From contig QPMI01000395.1 of the NCBI GenBank assembly GCA_004431415.1, positions 124,001 through 188,000 on the forward strand: a stretch of DNA of 64,000 bases, written 5' to 3'. The notes under the pieces are model-generated. The model was not told where the DNA came from. It did no database searches and saw nothing but the letters and a program-made list of their open reading frames with translations. The position numbers were made by a program, and so were the translations under genes. Each line of letters opens with the position of its first letter. The first letter of the stretch is position 1. This stretch comes from Cyanophora paradoxa CCMP329. Taxonomy: Eukaryota > Plantae > Glaucophyta. This document shows positions 1-12,140 of this stretch, in pieces.

Positions 1-446
1 CTCGAGATTGCAATTAATATTCGGACGCAGAAATGAATATGGACGCAATTGAAGAATAATTTCTGCGAAGCGCGAGCGCGAGCGCAAGGGCGCGCGCACC
101 ACCGCCCCGGGAGAGTCCAGCAGTTCTGCTCGAGGGCGCTGAGCGGTGAGCGAATGCACATCAAAGGCAGATCAAAGGAAGTCGAAATAAATCAAAGGCG
201 ACTTCGAAATTAATCAATAAAAGTAGATTTGATCATGCGCGCTGAGCGAGGGGTTCTATTCTGGATACCCAAGGGATTGATATCGTGAGAGAAATCGTGC
301 CCGGCGGCCAATTGCAGGGGCCAATTGCAAGCTGAAGGCGAAACTTGAAAGTGATTTTGTGCTTTGAAACTTAATCGTGACAAGCTAGCCTGTAGGTAGT
401 GGCCAGAAAAGTAATTACGGAACTCGACTCAGAGCTCGGGGCGGAC

Positions 447-1751
447 CGATGCGGGGAATGAGGGACTCGTCGGGGGGCGACTTCTGGTCCGCCCACACCT
501 GCCCCCGGGCCCGGCCCCGCGCTCAGGGCAAGACGGTTGGAGAGGCGTTATCGGGAGAAATTAAAGGGACTCGGGGCTCGGGGGGCGGGGCGGGCACGAA
601 GATGACGCCCTGGGCGAGGGCGATGGGGTAGGCGGCCACGCAGGCGCGGCGCTGGTTGATGGCGGCGCCGGCCTCGAGCTGCGGGATGCGCGCGCAGCGG
701 CCGGATCCGTCGAACTGCCACCCGTGGTAGCCGCACTCGAGCAGGGGCCCCTCGAGGCGCCCGTCGGAGAGCGGCACCGCGCGGTGCGGGCACCGGTCCA
801 GCACGCAGTGCACCGCCCCGCCCTCCCCCTGCGCCCCGGCCATGCCACCCGCGCGCGCCGGCGCCGGCGGCTCGGGACGAGAGGCGCGGCGCGGGGCGCG
901 GGGCCGGGCGGGCGGGGCGCACGGCCCAGAGGACGAGGGGCTCGTCGAAGAGGGAGAAGGCGTACGGGCGGCCCCGCGGGAAGTCCTCCACGAAGGCCAC
1001 CGGGTACCTGCGCGCGCCCCCCGCCGCCCGGGCGCGCGTGAGCCCCGCAGCCGGTCCAATGGCCCGCGCGCCGGAGCTTCGACTTCGAATTCGCGGCACC
1101 AGTTCTTGCGCCACTCGAAGGGCTGCTGCTCGCGATCGGCCGCCGGCTCCGTCTGCTTTGCCGAGCCGGCCTCGGCCGACGACGACGGGAGCGGGCACGC
1201 GAGGCCAGCAGCTTGGCCGCCCCGCGCCTCGGGCTTGCGAGCCGGCGATGCCGCGCCCGCGCCGTTGCTGCCGCCGCTGACGGGCGCGTCGGAGCCGGTG
1301 GGTGCCGGCGGGAGGGGGCTGTCGACGTCTGGGCCGCCAAGCTCCGCCCGGACCGCGAATTCGAAGCGGGCTCCTGCGCGCGCGTAAGCAACCCAAATAA
1401 AAGCGATTCCGCATGTAAGTATGCTTTTTTAAGCTGAACCGGCACGTTTTCGCGCACTCTCCCGAGCGCACCTTGGCCTGCCGCGGCCGGCCAGCCGCCG
1501 CTCATGATCAGGAGGCGCGCGGGGGATCCCACGCCCGTGAAAAAGCTCCGGCTGCAGCTGATCGCCCCCGCTGCGGCCGGACGCCTCCGCCCGGCACCGC
1601 GTGAGCCGCCGGACCAAGCGGAACGAGAGCCGGCGCGATCAGCGCCGGCGGGGCGGCCGATCGCGAGCGGCGCAATTGCAAAGACGACGAGGGGCGCGGT
1701 CGGTGCTGAGGCGCGCGGGGGAGGGATCGGCGCCGCGAGAAAGGCCGCCAT
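447..1751 (-). CDS. Rieske [2Fe-2S] oxygenase, Tic55/PAO family, plastid-targeted; 3' part not in window
   Basis: Spliced exons read FEWRKNW|YPVAFVEDFPRGRPYAFSLFDEPLVLWA|GEGGAVHCVLDRCPHRAVPLSDGRLEGPLLECGYHGWQFDGSGRCARIPQL...QGVIF|VWADQKSPP. Rieske CxH and CxxH motifs are present. N-terminus MAAFLAAP...SFFTG is transit-peptide-like. The last exon found ends at 447. Confidence 0.85.
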
Positions 1752-2143
1752 CGCTGCGAGCGGAGAGCCTAAGCTTGAGGACTCGAGCTCGGGATCCGGA
1801 AGGGAGGAAACTCGCGGATAATCCTGGCCTCGACCTCGAGCTCGCCGCGGCGCCTCGAGCTCGATCGCGAGCTTCAGCTCGGGTGCACGAGATCTAGATG
1901 CACTAGATATCGATATCGCTGCGAGCGGATTTCAACGGTTAGAATTCGATCGCGGTGAGCCTTGGGGAAGAGGAAACTCGAGGCCAGGATATCATGAGCA
2001 TGCGAGGGAAGATCTAGAGCCGCCGGCGCCCTCACGATATCGATCGCGAGGGAACTCGAGCTCCTGCGCACGATTAATTTGCCCCGGCGCCGCCGGGCCG
2101 GCCTCGCTCGAGAGGAAATAGATCTGATTTACATTGGGCCTGC

Positions 2144-2872
2144 GGCCTGCGGCCCCACGGTATGCGTATTGGTAGAAACAGGGGCCCCCCCCCACCGCTC
2201 GAGGGATGGTCGGGGGCCTGATGGGGTAGGGCGCTAAGCGCCGACAGAAATTGTCGCGGGCGATGGCAAGTCCGGCTAGAGCTTAGTCGGCTGGGCCGGG
2301 CGCGGCCGCAGGCCGCGGGCCGGGAGCCGGCTAGGCGTGGCCGGTCGCGACTTGGCTTGGTGACTTTCGGGCGCAGCCGAATGATTTTCGGTGCAGCGGT
2401 TGTTGGGGTTCGGAACCCAAGCTTAAGTCGGAACCAAATTCGGGATCCTTGAACCGTGAAAGTCCTAGAAAATACTTGCTAGTTTGCAACGCGGGCTAGT
2501 ATAAGTAGCCGCTGCCCTGCCAAAGTTGTCATTCTTTGTGAGGCGCACAGCCTCGAAATACTAGCAGCGAAACTCTGCCTCTCTGCGGCTGCACCTTGCC
2601 TTTGCAATTTGGGAGAGCCTTGCATTGAATTGCACTACTAGCTGGGATCGCATCTCAGGTCTGTTACTACTCTGTTATTAGGCCTCTGGTTAAAACCCCT
2701 AGACTATATCTGGGCCTTGCCCGGATTTAACCAGACGCTAAATAAAATTCTACTGGGGTAACGAATGGCCGAGGCCGGGGGGGAGGCTGGAATCCGGGGG
2801 ACGGGGCGAGGGCGGTCAAGGTGCTACTGGGGTGCGTCGGGGCGGGGCTGGCCGAGGAGAGAGGCGAGGCCG
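2144..2872. repeat. Left arm of a ~240-bp inverted repeat (partner 10482-10719), interrupted by an insertion at 2252-2744
   Basis: 2144-2251 is the near-exact reverse complement of ~10613-10719. 2745-2872 matches the reverse complement of 10482-10617 with more divergence. Confidence 0.9.
2252..2744 (+). mobile_element. Probable solo LTR (493 bp)
   Basis: Absent from the partner repeat arm. Flanked by AAAT duplication (2248-2251 and 2745-2748). Starts TGTCGC and ends ...TAAATA (one change from CA). Has an internal TATAAGTA and a 3' hairpin TCTGGTTAAA/TTTAACCAGA. Confidence 0.55.
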
Positions 2873-3648
2873 CGTAGGACCGCGGTCTTCAGGCCTTCTC
2901 GGTCGGGCTCCTGCTGCGGCGCCGGGGCCGCGCCGGATGGAAGGAGGTCGTTGAGGAGGCCGAGGAGGGCGGCTGTCGGGGCCGTCTGGGACTGGTCCGG
3001 GCCCGGCGCCGGCGCCACGGACGGCGGCGGAACCACGGCCGGGCCCGGGCGGCGGTCGGCGCGGTACCGTTGGCCGGGACGGTTCCGAGGGGGGCGGTGC
3101 CCGGCGCGGGCCCCGGGCAGCGCCGGGCGCGGGTCCCGTGGCGGCGCCCGGCGCGGGCTCCAAGCTTAAGGTACCGTAGTACCGTTGGCGCGGGCTTGGC
3201 CATATGCATGGGCGAGGTTGGCTTCGAGGGCGCCAAAGGCGTCGCCGAGCCGCCGGGCGTGCGCGGCTTTGTCGGCGGCGGGGCTGGCGGCGAGCTCGGC
3301 CTCGGCAGCGGCCTCCTCCGCCAAGTCCGAGGCGGACTCCGGCGCGAGCCCCGGGCGCCCGGCGCCGCCCCGAGGGCGGCGTCGGCTAGCGCTCCGGCGG
3401 CGGCGGCTGGCGATGGCGGTTCGGAGGGCGGCCACGGCGTCGGGCCGATAGCGCCGGTCATGGTGCCGGAGTAGGCCGGGGGGATGGGGCCGGGGCGAGG
3501 TCCGCGCCCGTGAGGCCCGCGGCCTGGACTCCGTACTCCGCCAGGACGGAAAGAAGGGCCGAGCTCGAGGCTGCCGCAGGCGTGGCGGCGGTGGCGGGGC
3601 TTTGGCGGCAGCCGTGGCGGGGGCCGCGGGCGGGGCGGCGGCGGCGGA

Positions 3649-3683
<35 letters not shown>

Positions 3684-3830
3684 GCGGCGGCGGGCGGGGC
3701 GGGGGCGACGGGGGGTTCAGGCTCGCCGGCGTGAAAGGCCCCGCGCCCGCCACGCCCTGCAGCTGGGAAGCGGGAGTCAGACTGAAGCCGAACTGCCAGG
3801 GCCGGGCGGGGGCAGGGGATGGGAACGCCC
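2824..3830 (-). pseudogene. Degenerate Ala/Pro-rich ORF of an unclassified repeat element
   Basis: Broken helical-looking segments (LAEEAAAEAELAA..RRLGDAFGALEANLAHAY; TAALLGLLNDLL..KTAVLRGLASLLGQPRPDAPQ) run into the inverted-repeat arm. The partner arm encodes GLASLFGPPRPDAPQ. Confidence 0.35.
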
Positions 3831-4673
3831 CCCCCCCCCCCCCCCCCCCCCGACACCCTCCCCAACCCAACCCCCGGCCCCACAAAGCGGCCCCTTCCCC
3901 CAAACCAATAGCCCTCCCCCGCGCCCCCACCCGAGGGACCCGTCCGCGATCTTCCCCCCCCCTAAACACCCCGCCCCCTTCCCGGCGCCCCCCCCCTCCC
4001 CCCCCTCCCCCCCCCCCCCACCCCCCAAGCGGGCACGTCCTCCCCCCCACCCTCGAGCTCACGCGTACGAGTGCGGCGCCACGAGTCGATTTTCCAGATG
4101 AACGATTTTTTTCGAACTCAAGCAAACCTTTGTGAATGAATTATAAATCGGTGCGTAGTCGAACCGTTTGAACGTTTAACGTCAACTTCGAATTCGTCAA
4201 GTCGTCGTCGACTCGTCGACTCGTCGTGACGGACGAGTCACTGACGACGTCCGACGGTCGTCCGACGCCGGACCGACGGTCAACGAACTCGGAACTCCGC
4301 GTCGAGTCGACGTCCGCATTGTACAGTATATGTATATGTTTATATATGCATAGTGCATATAAAAACGCCATACCGGTGCACGTATACCGTATACGGTTAA
4401 CGTACGGGTACCGGTTATAAACTCTATAAATGGACGCGACCAATGACGCCGACCATCGGACTAAATGCAGCAGTGCACGGTGCACGCGTACGCGTGCATG
4501 GCACGTGCACGTGACCTCGCCGATGATGGCGGGCATCGCCGGGCAACGCCGGGCATCGGCCGTGATTGGCGGCCGATCGATCGCTTCTCGAAAGTACTTT
4601 ATAATTATAGTCATGCTGCTGACTCACGTGCACTGAGTCATGCATGCGCATGATACGTACTATGCAGTCTATG

Positions 4674-4908
4674 CCGTGTGGCACTAAATTACCGCGGCAT
4701 AGTTAAATTACCGCGGCTAAATTAAATTACCGCGGCACCAAATTACCGCGTTTTAGAAACTTGAGGCTTGTATGGGGCGGAAATTGTAGGGGGTACTGTA
4801 TGGGGCGACAGCTCAGGAGAGAATTACGTATACCGCGGTACTAAATTACCGCGTTTTAACAAATTCTCGGCGAGGTAATTTGGTACCGCGGTAATTAAGT
4901 AGTAACTG
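4674..4908. mobile_element. MITE with AAATTACCGCGG subterminal repeats (same family as 11209-11495)
   Basis: Repeated AAATTACCGCG in both orientations; shares the core TTGAGGCTTGTATGGGGC..GGGTACTGTATGGGGCGAC with ~11311-11360. Confidence 0.7.
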
Positions 4909-5087
4909 TAACTATAGCCAGTTCAAGTTCAGGCTGTCGGAGGCTCGGAGCCTCGGAGCGGGCCGGTCCGAGCGGAGCCCAACTGCATTCGTCATGACTC
5001 AGTGAATATTAATCATGATGATTCGTGGACTTTCCGGGATCCGCAAAGTTTCCGGACCGAATTCGAAACGTTCAAACGGTTCCGGAT

Positions 5088-5578
5088 TAGGGCTGTCGTC
5101 AGTCACTGACAGTCACAGTCAGAGGGTCTGACTGACCTCACTGGGTCAGCTTTTGGCTGACTGACGTTTTCTCAGTCCCATACAAAACCCTGCTGGGAGC
5201 GTGCCCCCCTGCGGGCTTTTTCCATCTAAAGCTGTCGTAGGTCGATTAAAAAATGATCTTCTGTCGTCGAAATCTTCAAGAAACCGCCCATGTGCATGGT
5301 AAGAGGCTAATGGAGTCTGACGTGCGCATGGCGGGGGCCGAATCTCCTTTTCTCGTCCTCTCTGCTCGCATAACGTGCCTGGCCTGATGCTTGGCAACTT
5401 GAAAATAGTCTTGAATGAAGTAGATAGATCGCGCTTGGGTCAATTCCTGCCAATTTCCTGGTCATTTTTCCCGGCTTTTGCACGGTAGCCTGACTTGAAC
5501 CTCGGGTTGACTGATTCAGTCACAGTCAGGGGGGCTGACGGACTGGGTCAGCCGGGGGACTGACTGACGACAGCACTA
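5088..5578. mobile_element. hAT-type MITE, copy 1
   Basis: TIR TAGGGCTGTCGTCAGTCA / TGACTGACGACAGCACTA. The 8-bp TSD TTCCGGAT lies at 5080-5087 and 5587-5594, the right copy displaced by an 8-nt micro-insertion. Near-identical to 45638-46123. Confidence 0.9.
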
Positions 5579-6480
5579 TCATAGTATTCCGGATCCGAAC
5601 TTCGGACTCTAAGTTCGGAGTTCGAACTTCGGAACTTCAAACCGTTACTTGCACGGAGTGCCACGGACTCGGGAACTTCGGAACTTCAAACCGTTAGTCG
5701 TCGCCGACTCGTCGCCGAGTCGTCGGTTACTTGCACGGTTAATTAATATTGCGGAGCGCCTCCGATCCGAATCATCCGATGCGACATCATGCGAGACTCA
5801 GCAGCGAGAGTCCAAGACTCTAGATCTGAGGCTCCGCGATCCTCCGACTTTCAAAGTTTCAAGTTTTGGCAAATTTAAATTAAAAAAACTATTGCTCGCA
5901 AGTTCAACGGTTCAACGGTTCATGATCAGACTGGCCGCTGCAGATCTCGATTCTCGAATCTCAGTCTCAAGTTGGCCGGGAACTTGCCAGGCTTGGCCCG
6001 CCGGAGCCGGGGCCAATTGCAATTTGCAATACGCCGTGACGTATACTGGAGTACGTGGTGGTATCGCATGCATTTTCATAGTGTTCAACTTTTGTCATAT
6101 TAATAATGACAGTGTTATAATTAGGTTTAATTTGACGTATACGCCGCGGCGCGTACTGCGGCGTACAGGACAGTGCGTTCACGTGCACGTAACTTCGGTA
6201 ACTTAGCTATACTACCGGTATAGCTATGATAGTACGTAATATCCGTTTCCCGAATACCCCGCCGGGCTGCGGTCGTAATAATATCCGTTCCCGTTCAACG
6301 GTTAGTACTTTAGGCTTCCTTTCCGTTTCCGTTAGTAGACTAGTAGCGATAGCTTTAATTAGGCCTATATAGCTAGGCTGGACCCATGCAGCTGCAGACT
6401 GCAGCCTGCAGTTCAAAATTCGCGAATTTCCGTGATACATTATATAATTTATATTACGTTTTTGCATCAAATTAAATTGC

Positions 6481-7909
6481 CTCTGCCCCGCTTCCGAGTG
6501 TTGGCGAGACTGTCCTCTTTTCGGTCTCCCCGTCATTCCGGCTCCCTGCTCCCCCTTCGGCGCCTCGGGTCCCATATGCGGGTCCTATCCCGCTTCCTGG
6601 CGCTCGTGAGATTCGCCGCCGGCGCCCTCGTCGGGCCCTTGCGCCCTCGAGCTCGTCTCTCTCTGCGCCGCCCATGGCCATGACCTCCGTGTCATCTGAT
6701 CCGGCGCCACCCGACCTTTCTCCAGCTTCGCTGCCCTCTCTTCGGCGCCGGCAGCGATCCCCGTCACCTGCTCGCGGCCCTTCCCCTGCCTCCGACCCTT
6801 CCTCGGCCCCTCCTCGCCTAGGCCTCTTCCGTCTCGTCGGCCCCCGCCGCATTCCCGTCGGCGGATCTCTCGATCGACCCTGGACTCTCCGCCTGCCACT
6901 GTCTGCGGGGTACCTCCGCCGCCGTGTTCGGCGCCGGCTGTCAGTACTTTGCTCGGTAGCTCCCCCGTCGTGGCTCCTCGGGGGCCTCTTCGTCGTCGTC
7001 GTTCGCTGGGTTCCGGCTCCGGGTCAGATTTCTCGCCGGGCTTACCTTCTCCTGGCTCTGCTCCTGGGCCCTCAGCTCCGGGACCGGCTTCCCCGATCTC
7101 CTCCCGGACTCGTGGTCGTACCCGTCGCCGGCTTGCCGAGCCTGCGGCTCCTTCTACTTCCCCCCGGCGGTTTGCCGGGCCGGACCCTCCGGCCTTTGTT
7201 CTTGATACCGGACTGCCGCCTTTGCCTTCGTCTTCTGCTTCGCTGGTCGCGATCGTATCCCGCCGGCGCCGGCGTACTTCTTCGTCTTCTAGTTTAGTTC
7301 GGTCTGGTTCGGATTCTGATCGTAGTGTTGATGCTAGAGTTAGTTTCAATACTAGCTATAGTCCTCGTGCTCGACCTGTTGTTCGCCGTCGTTTGCAGTT
7401 CGATTGCCCGCCTCGACCCTGGCCGGCTTTAGTGATTCCTTTGACTGTCCTTTTGCCTGCTCTTGATCCGCCTGCTCCGCCTCCTGTGTCCTCCTCGACC
7501 TCGTGCCGTAGCTCTGCCCTTTCGCATCGTCCTGCTTCGCCTCCGCCTCCATGTCGTCTTGTTGTTCCTCTTACTTGTCTTCTTCCTGTTATTTATCTTT
7601 CTCAATTTTGTCCCCCGCTTCTTAGTGATGTAATTCCTTCTGATATTGATGGTATCTCTAGCTCTGGCTCTTCTTCGTGTCAGTTATCCTCTGTCCCTAG
7701 ATCTGCTCGATTTATCGTCTCTTCTCGCTATCGATCTGTCTCGAGCTCTGTGTCTTTCCTTTTTTATTGTCGATTTTGGCTCTTTGTCTTATCTTTCTTC
7801 GTGCTCTTGTCTTAGTTATTTTGCTTTTTTGTCTTTATGCCCCCTGGGCAGCCCCCGCAGTGCTGGTGTCTAGAGACTGTGGCCGGTAATTCACCAAAAA
7901 AAAAAAAAA
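6481..7909 (+). mobile_element. 5'-truncated non-LTR retroposon (TPRT insertion) with Ser/Pro/Arg-rich ORF remnant
   Basis: A14 tail at 7896-7909. Exact 13-bp TSD CAAATTAAATTGC at 6468-6480 and 7910-7922. A reading frame is open from the 5' boundary; the ORF 6949-7815 has T-rich third positions. Confidence 0.9.
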
Positions 7910-10481
7910 CAAATTAAATTGCATGCAATTGCAATATTAATTAAGCGGGGAGTTGATGATGGTACCCCCCGGCGAGCGACGCAGCGAGCCAGCGCCTAGC
8001 GCCGCGATTACGGCGCACCAGGGTAGCGGCGCCTCCGAAAGGGCCCCGCTGGAACCCCTGAAGCGCGCTGGAAAGCGGCCGGACGCCCCGGCTTCGAACT
8101 CGCCACCCAGCGCTCTCCCGCAGCGACAGCTTGGCAGAGCGGCAGGTCTACTCGACCAGAGAACATCGCACGCTCGACCCCGACGACCCCGGCAACGCGC
8201 CGCGGGCGCCCGACGCCGCGCGTGTCCTCGCCGCGCCTCCCGCCCCGAGCCCCTCGAAGCCTCCACCACTACGCCCACTGACGACCTCACTCTCAACCTA
8301 TCACCTACGGCCGCCCGCCGGGCCCTCGCGCCCGCCGCCGACCCGCCGCCGCCTGCGCGACTTGCGCCTCCACACCTCCCTCGCTACCGCCGACACGCTC
8401 GCCTCCCGCCGCCACCGCTGCTCTTGCCCCCTCTGCCCTCTCTCGCCCGTTGCCCCAGTCGCCCTCTCCCATGGCCCCACCTTTCACCCCCTCTGCCCCC
8501 GCCGTTCTGCTGATCTCCCGCTACCCCAGGGAGGGGACGGTGGTGCGGGCTGCCAGGTGGAAGGTCGTCGGTCGGCCGCTGAACCCACCGGCGCCTGCCC
8601 CGGCCACGCGCCAGGCCGGGGCGGTCGGACCGCCGTGGAGGGGGCTCGTCATTGCCCGCGGCGGGGGGGAGGCGGTCGGCGGGCGGCTGGAAGCCCGGCG
8701 GAACGCGCCACTTGAACCTCCCTCCTCCCGACCGCGGCTGCCCGACCGTCGGACCCGGTCCTCCCCCGTCCTTTCCCGCCGCCCAACGTCGCCCCATGCC
8801 GTGCCCTCCTCCCTGCCCCCGTCCCCCTTTCCCCCGACCAATCTTCCCCGATGCTCCGAGCCCGGCGGCTCCACCAGGCTTGCTCTCGCACGAGCGAGCC
8901 CCCAACCCGACCCGCCGTGCCGACGACACGGCGGGCCGTACTCTAGCGTGTACAGAGTGGCTAGATTATAGTGCGCCTTCTCGGAGGCCCTAGCCTACTA
9001 GGCATAGAGCTAACTACAGCTGCAGCTCACTTCGCTGCCCACCTCTGATTTCTACTCTCGTCCCTGGGTAGCCACTCCCTCTCCCGCGTAGGATCTTTCC
9101 TGTGCTGCAGCTCTACTACTAGGCTAGACTTAGTTCCCGGGGTAGCGTCTTCAGTTACTTTCATATCCGAGCTCCACCCGGTCCGATGTCCGAAAGGCTT
9201 AGTCCCGTAGGCTCATCTCTCGACTTGACACAGATGGACACCTCAGCTAAATCTCTAGCCATTTGTCTTGGTGTGTGCGAATTCATTTAAGACCCGAGCC
9301 CCTCGAAGCACATTCGACATCTAACACGATCCTTTTCGAGCTCAGGAACGTGATAACCCGCGCCGGCGGAGCGACTGACCCACATCGCCAGCTTGCAGCT
9401 GCATGCGCAGCCGCTGAGCTGCATCCACAGCGCAAGCTGAGGCGCCTGCCGGACATCGAACACGCGCACACGGCCAGCACGCGCAGCTGCTTCATCTCGA
9501 TCTGCTCATGAGGCCCGCGCGCGCCCACTCACTCCGACCCACTCTCTCATCCCGCGCGCGCGCGGCGCCTCGCCTCCGCCCCGTCCCGCCCGCCCAGCGG
9601 CCGGGCCATCCACGTCGCCTTCACCTCACACCGCGTGCGCACGGCCCGGCCGCCGCCACGCAGCGCCATGGAAGGCGCGCGGCCGGAACCTGCGGCCGGC
9701 CGCCGCCGCCGAGCGCCACCACGTCGACCCTCGAGCTCTCGATCTGACCTGACGGCTGGCCTGTGGCGCCCCACTGCTCGCGCGCCACGTCCTACGGTCC
9801 CCTGCAGTCGGATCCCAGCCCTTGCGTCCCTTGCCCCTCGCCCGCGCTAGCCAGGAACTGATCCCCACCTCCTTTTTGCCCAGGGTCTCGCCCTTGGACT
9901 CGTCCTCGGTGAAGCGGGTGCCCCTCCCGGCCAGCGCCCTGCCGCCGACGTCACGCCAGGCCGTCGCCGGCCTCCCGCCCCCCTCTTAAGGACCCTTGCG
10001 CCATCATAGGCATAGACGCCCCCGCCCAAGTCGCGCCTGTATATGGCACCACGCCCGGAAGCCTCACATCACCGCGCTGCATGCCCGGACCGACGCGCCT
10101 TTTCCCCTCACAGGCTGGATCAGCGTCCGTCGGCCGGTGCCCCCGCCTGTCCCCCGGGCCTGGCAACCCCGGGGGGCGAGATCAAGCACAATAGAGACTG
10201 CCTCCAGCGGGCGTGGCGCCCCCGTCTGGCTCGCGCGACAGCCCCTGGGACTCTGGTCTATATTTCGGGCTATGCATGCTGAGCTCGATCTTCCCCGCCT
10301 GGCTCCCCGAGCTGCCCCCCGCAGGCCTTTTCCTTTTCCCGTCGACGTCGAGCCCGATGCCCTCGGCTGCCCCTCTGCCCCGTGCACTCGCTCTCTCCCT
10401 GCCCTCCCCCGGACCGCCCCGGTCGGCGCCGGCCCTCTGGCCCTCTCTCCCATGGCCACGTGCACCTCGGCCCGCCCTCTT

Positions 10482-10719
10482 CGGCCTCGCCTCCCTCTTC
10501 GGCCCGCCCCGCCCCGACGCTCCCCAGGAGCACCTTGCAATTGACCGCCCTCGCCCCCTCTCCCGGATCCCAGCCTCCCCCCCCGGCCTCGGCCCTTAGT
10601 TACCCCAGTAGCATTTCTGTCGGCGCTTAGCGCCCTACCCCATCAGGCCCCCGACCATCCCTCGAGCGGTGGGGGGGCCCCCTGTTGTTACCAATACGCA
10701 TTCCGTGGGGCCGCAGGCC
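10482..10719. repeat. Right arm of the inverted repeat (partner 2144-2872)
   Basis: Reverse-complement match to the left arm; contains hairpins GGCGC-TTA-GCGCC and GGCCCC...GGGGCC. Confidence 0.9.
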
Positions 10720-11208
10720 TCACCCATACTGGAAATATTAATTAAGCAAATTGTTTTTTTAAGCTACATGCAATAAGTGTTTTTAATATTAATTAAAGTA
10801 TACGTATACGTACATGTTCAGTCGCAAGGTTTGAAAAGTTCTTGAAAACCATGCGGAGCGCGAGTCGGTGCGCCTCCGCGATCGGCCGGACCGCGAAGTG
10901 AAAAAATCTAAAAAAACCACAATGCAACCTATAGCTACTGGCTGCAACTACCAGTGTCTACCACTGCAGCTGGAAACGTTAACGTTAACTTCGTGGGAAG
11001 CTTAAGCTTTTTGTTTTAAGCTTACATCATCAAGTTGCATCAACTTGGCAACGTTAACTTGCATGCAATTAACTCTGGCAAATATTAACTTAGTAACTTT
11101 AGTAACGGCGCGCCGCGGCGGGCCGCGCGGCGCCCGGGCGCCGCCGGCGGGGCAAGTCGCCGCCACTAGCGGTACTAGTATACGGAGTGGGCCACTGGGC
11201 CCATACTA

Positions 11209-11495
11209 CCGTCGGGCATTAAATTACTGCGGCGTTAATTAACGCGGTTTCAAAACTGGCACTCCACTGAGCGAAATACCGCGGTACCAAATTAACGCGG
11301 TTTTAAATAATTGAGGCTTGTATGGGGCAGTAATTTGATGGGGTACTGTATGGGGCGACCTGTCAGCAGCAAATTACCGCGGCACCAAATTACCGCGTTT
11401 TAACAAACCTTTGGCGCGTTAATTAGGTACCGCGTTAGTTAAGTGCCCGCGATTAGTTAAGTGCCCGCGGTACCGCGTTAGTTAAGTGCCCGCGG
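11209..11495. mobile_element. TA-flanked (Tc1/mariner/pogo-like) MITE with triplicated right end
   Basis: TA|CCGTCGGGCATTAAATT ... TTAGTTAAGTGCCCGCG occurs three times, followed by TA; homologous to 4674-4908. Confidence 0.7.
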
Positions 11496-11680
11496 TACTT
11501 AGGCGATTGCAAGCCTGGCCATGCATGGCGTGGGCACTGGGCACGTCGGCTGTTGGGGCCTGAGCTCAATCTTTAGTAATATAACTTGGGGGATCATGAT
11601 TCATTATTATTGGAGGATTTATCGCATTGAGTCAGTGGAGGCGATTCGAAGCTTAAGCATGCACTGCAGACTGCACGTGG

Positions 11681-11920
11681 AATTGCCGTGTATTGCTGAG
11701 CGGCCGAATTCGGCAATTTAGAGACACGGCAATTCTCAGGGGGTACTAGTACCGGAATAGCTGTGGCGATAAATTGCCGAATCCAGCGTCTGCTGAGCCT
11801 CTGCAGCAGTCTCTGCTCAGACTTCTGTATGCCGGGCTAGGGAATTACCTACCCCCCCTCTGCGAATTCCGCCTCAGCAATTTACGGCAATTTAAAACAT
11901 CGGCTAAATAAGTATTCCTA
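11681..11920. mobile_element. MITE-like element with AATTGCCG repeats (inverted relative of 17168-17365)
   Basis: AATTGCCGTGTATTGCTGAG / CTCAGCAATTTACGGCAATT inverted pair; GTGGCGATAAATTGCCGAAT shared in reverse with ~17310-17330. Confidence 0.6.
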
Positions 11921-12140
11921 GTTTAATTTCCTGCAGTCGAGTCGTCGCGGCCGCCAGGCGGCCGGCGCCGGGCCGCCGCGCGGCCGATCGCGAGTCGCGA
12001 TCGCGACTCGCGACGTCGACGTCGACGTCGATGTCGACGCCGCGGATCCGGACGCGGACTGACGTCCGACGGTCCAGTCGTCGTGCAGCGACGTCCACAT
12101 GTACATGCGTACATGTACTGTGATGCATATGTACAAGCTA

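Noticed and set aside
2215-2252. Hammerhead ribozyme (CTGATGG...GAAA) in the inverted repeat
   Set aside because: The core is CUGAUGG rather than CUGANGA, and the required stems and cleavage triplet could not be built.
7930-10480. Reverse transcriptase or tyrosine recombinase within the inverted-repeat region
   Set aside because: No YxDD or RHRY-type motifs are recognisable in any frame provided.
11980-12040. Cyanobacterial HIP1 (GCGATCGC) or restriction-site enrichment
   Set aside because: Palindromes of all triplet types are enriched; the general NNN-rc-NNN insertion rule explains them better.
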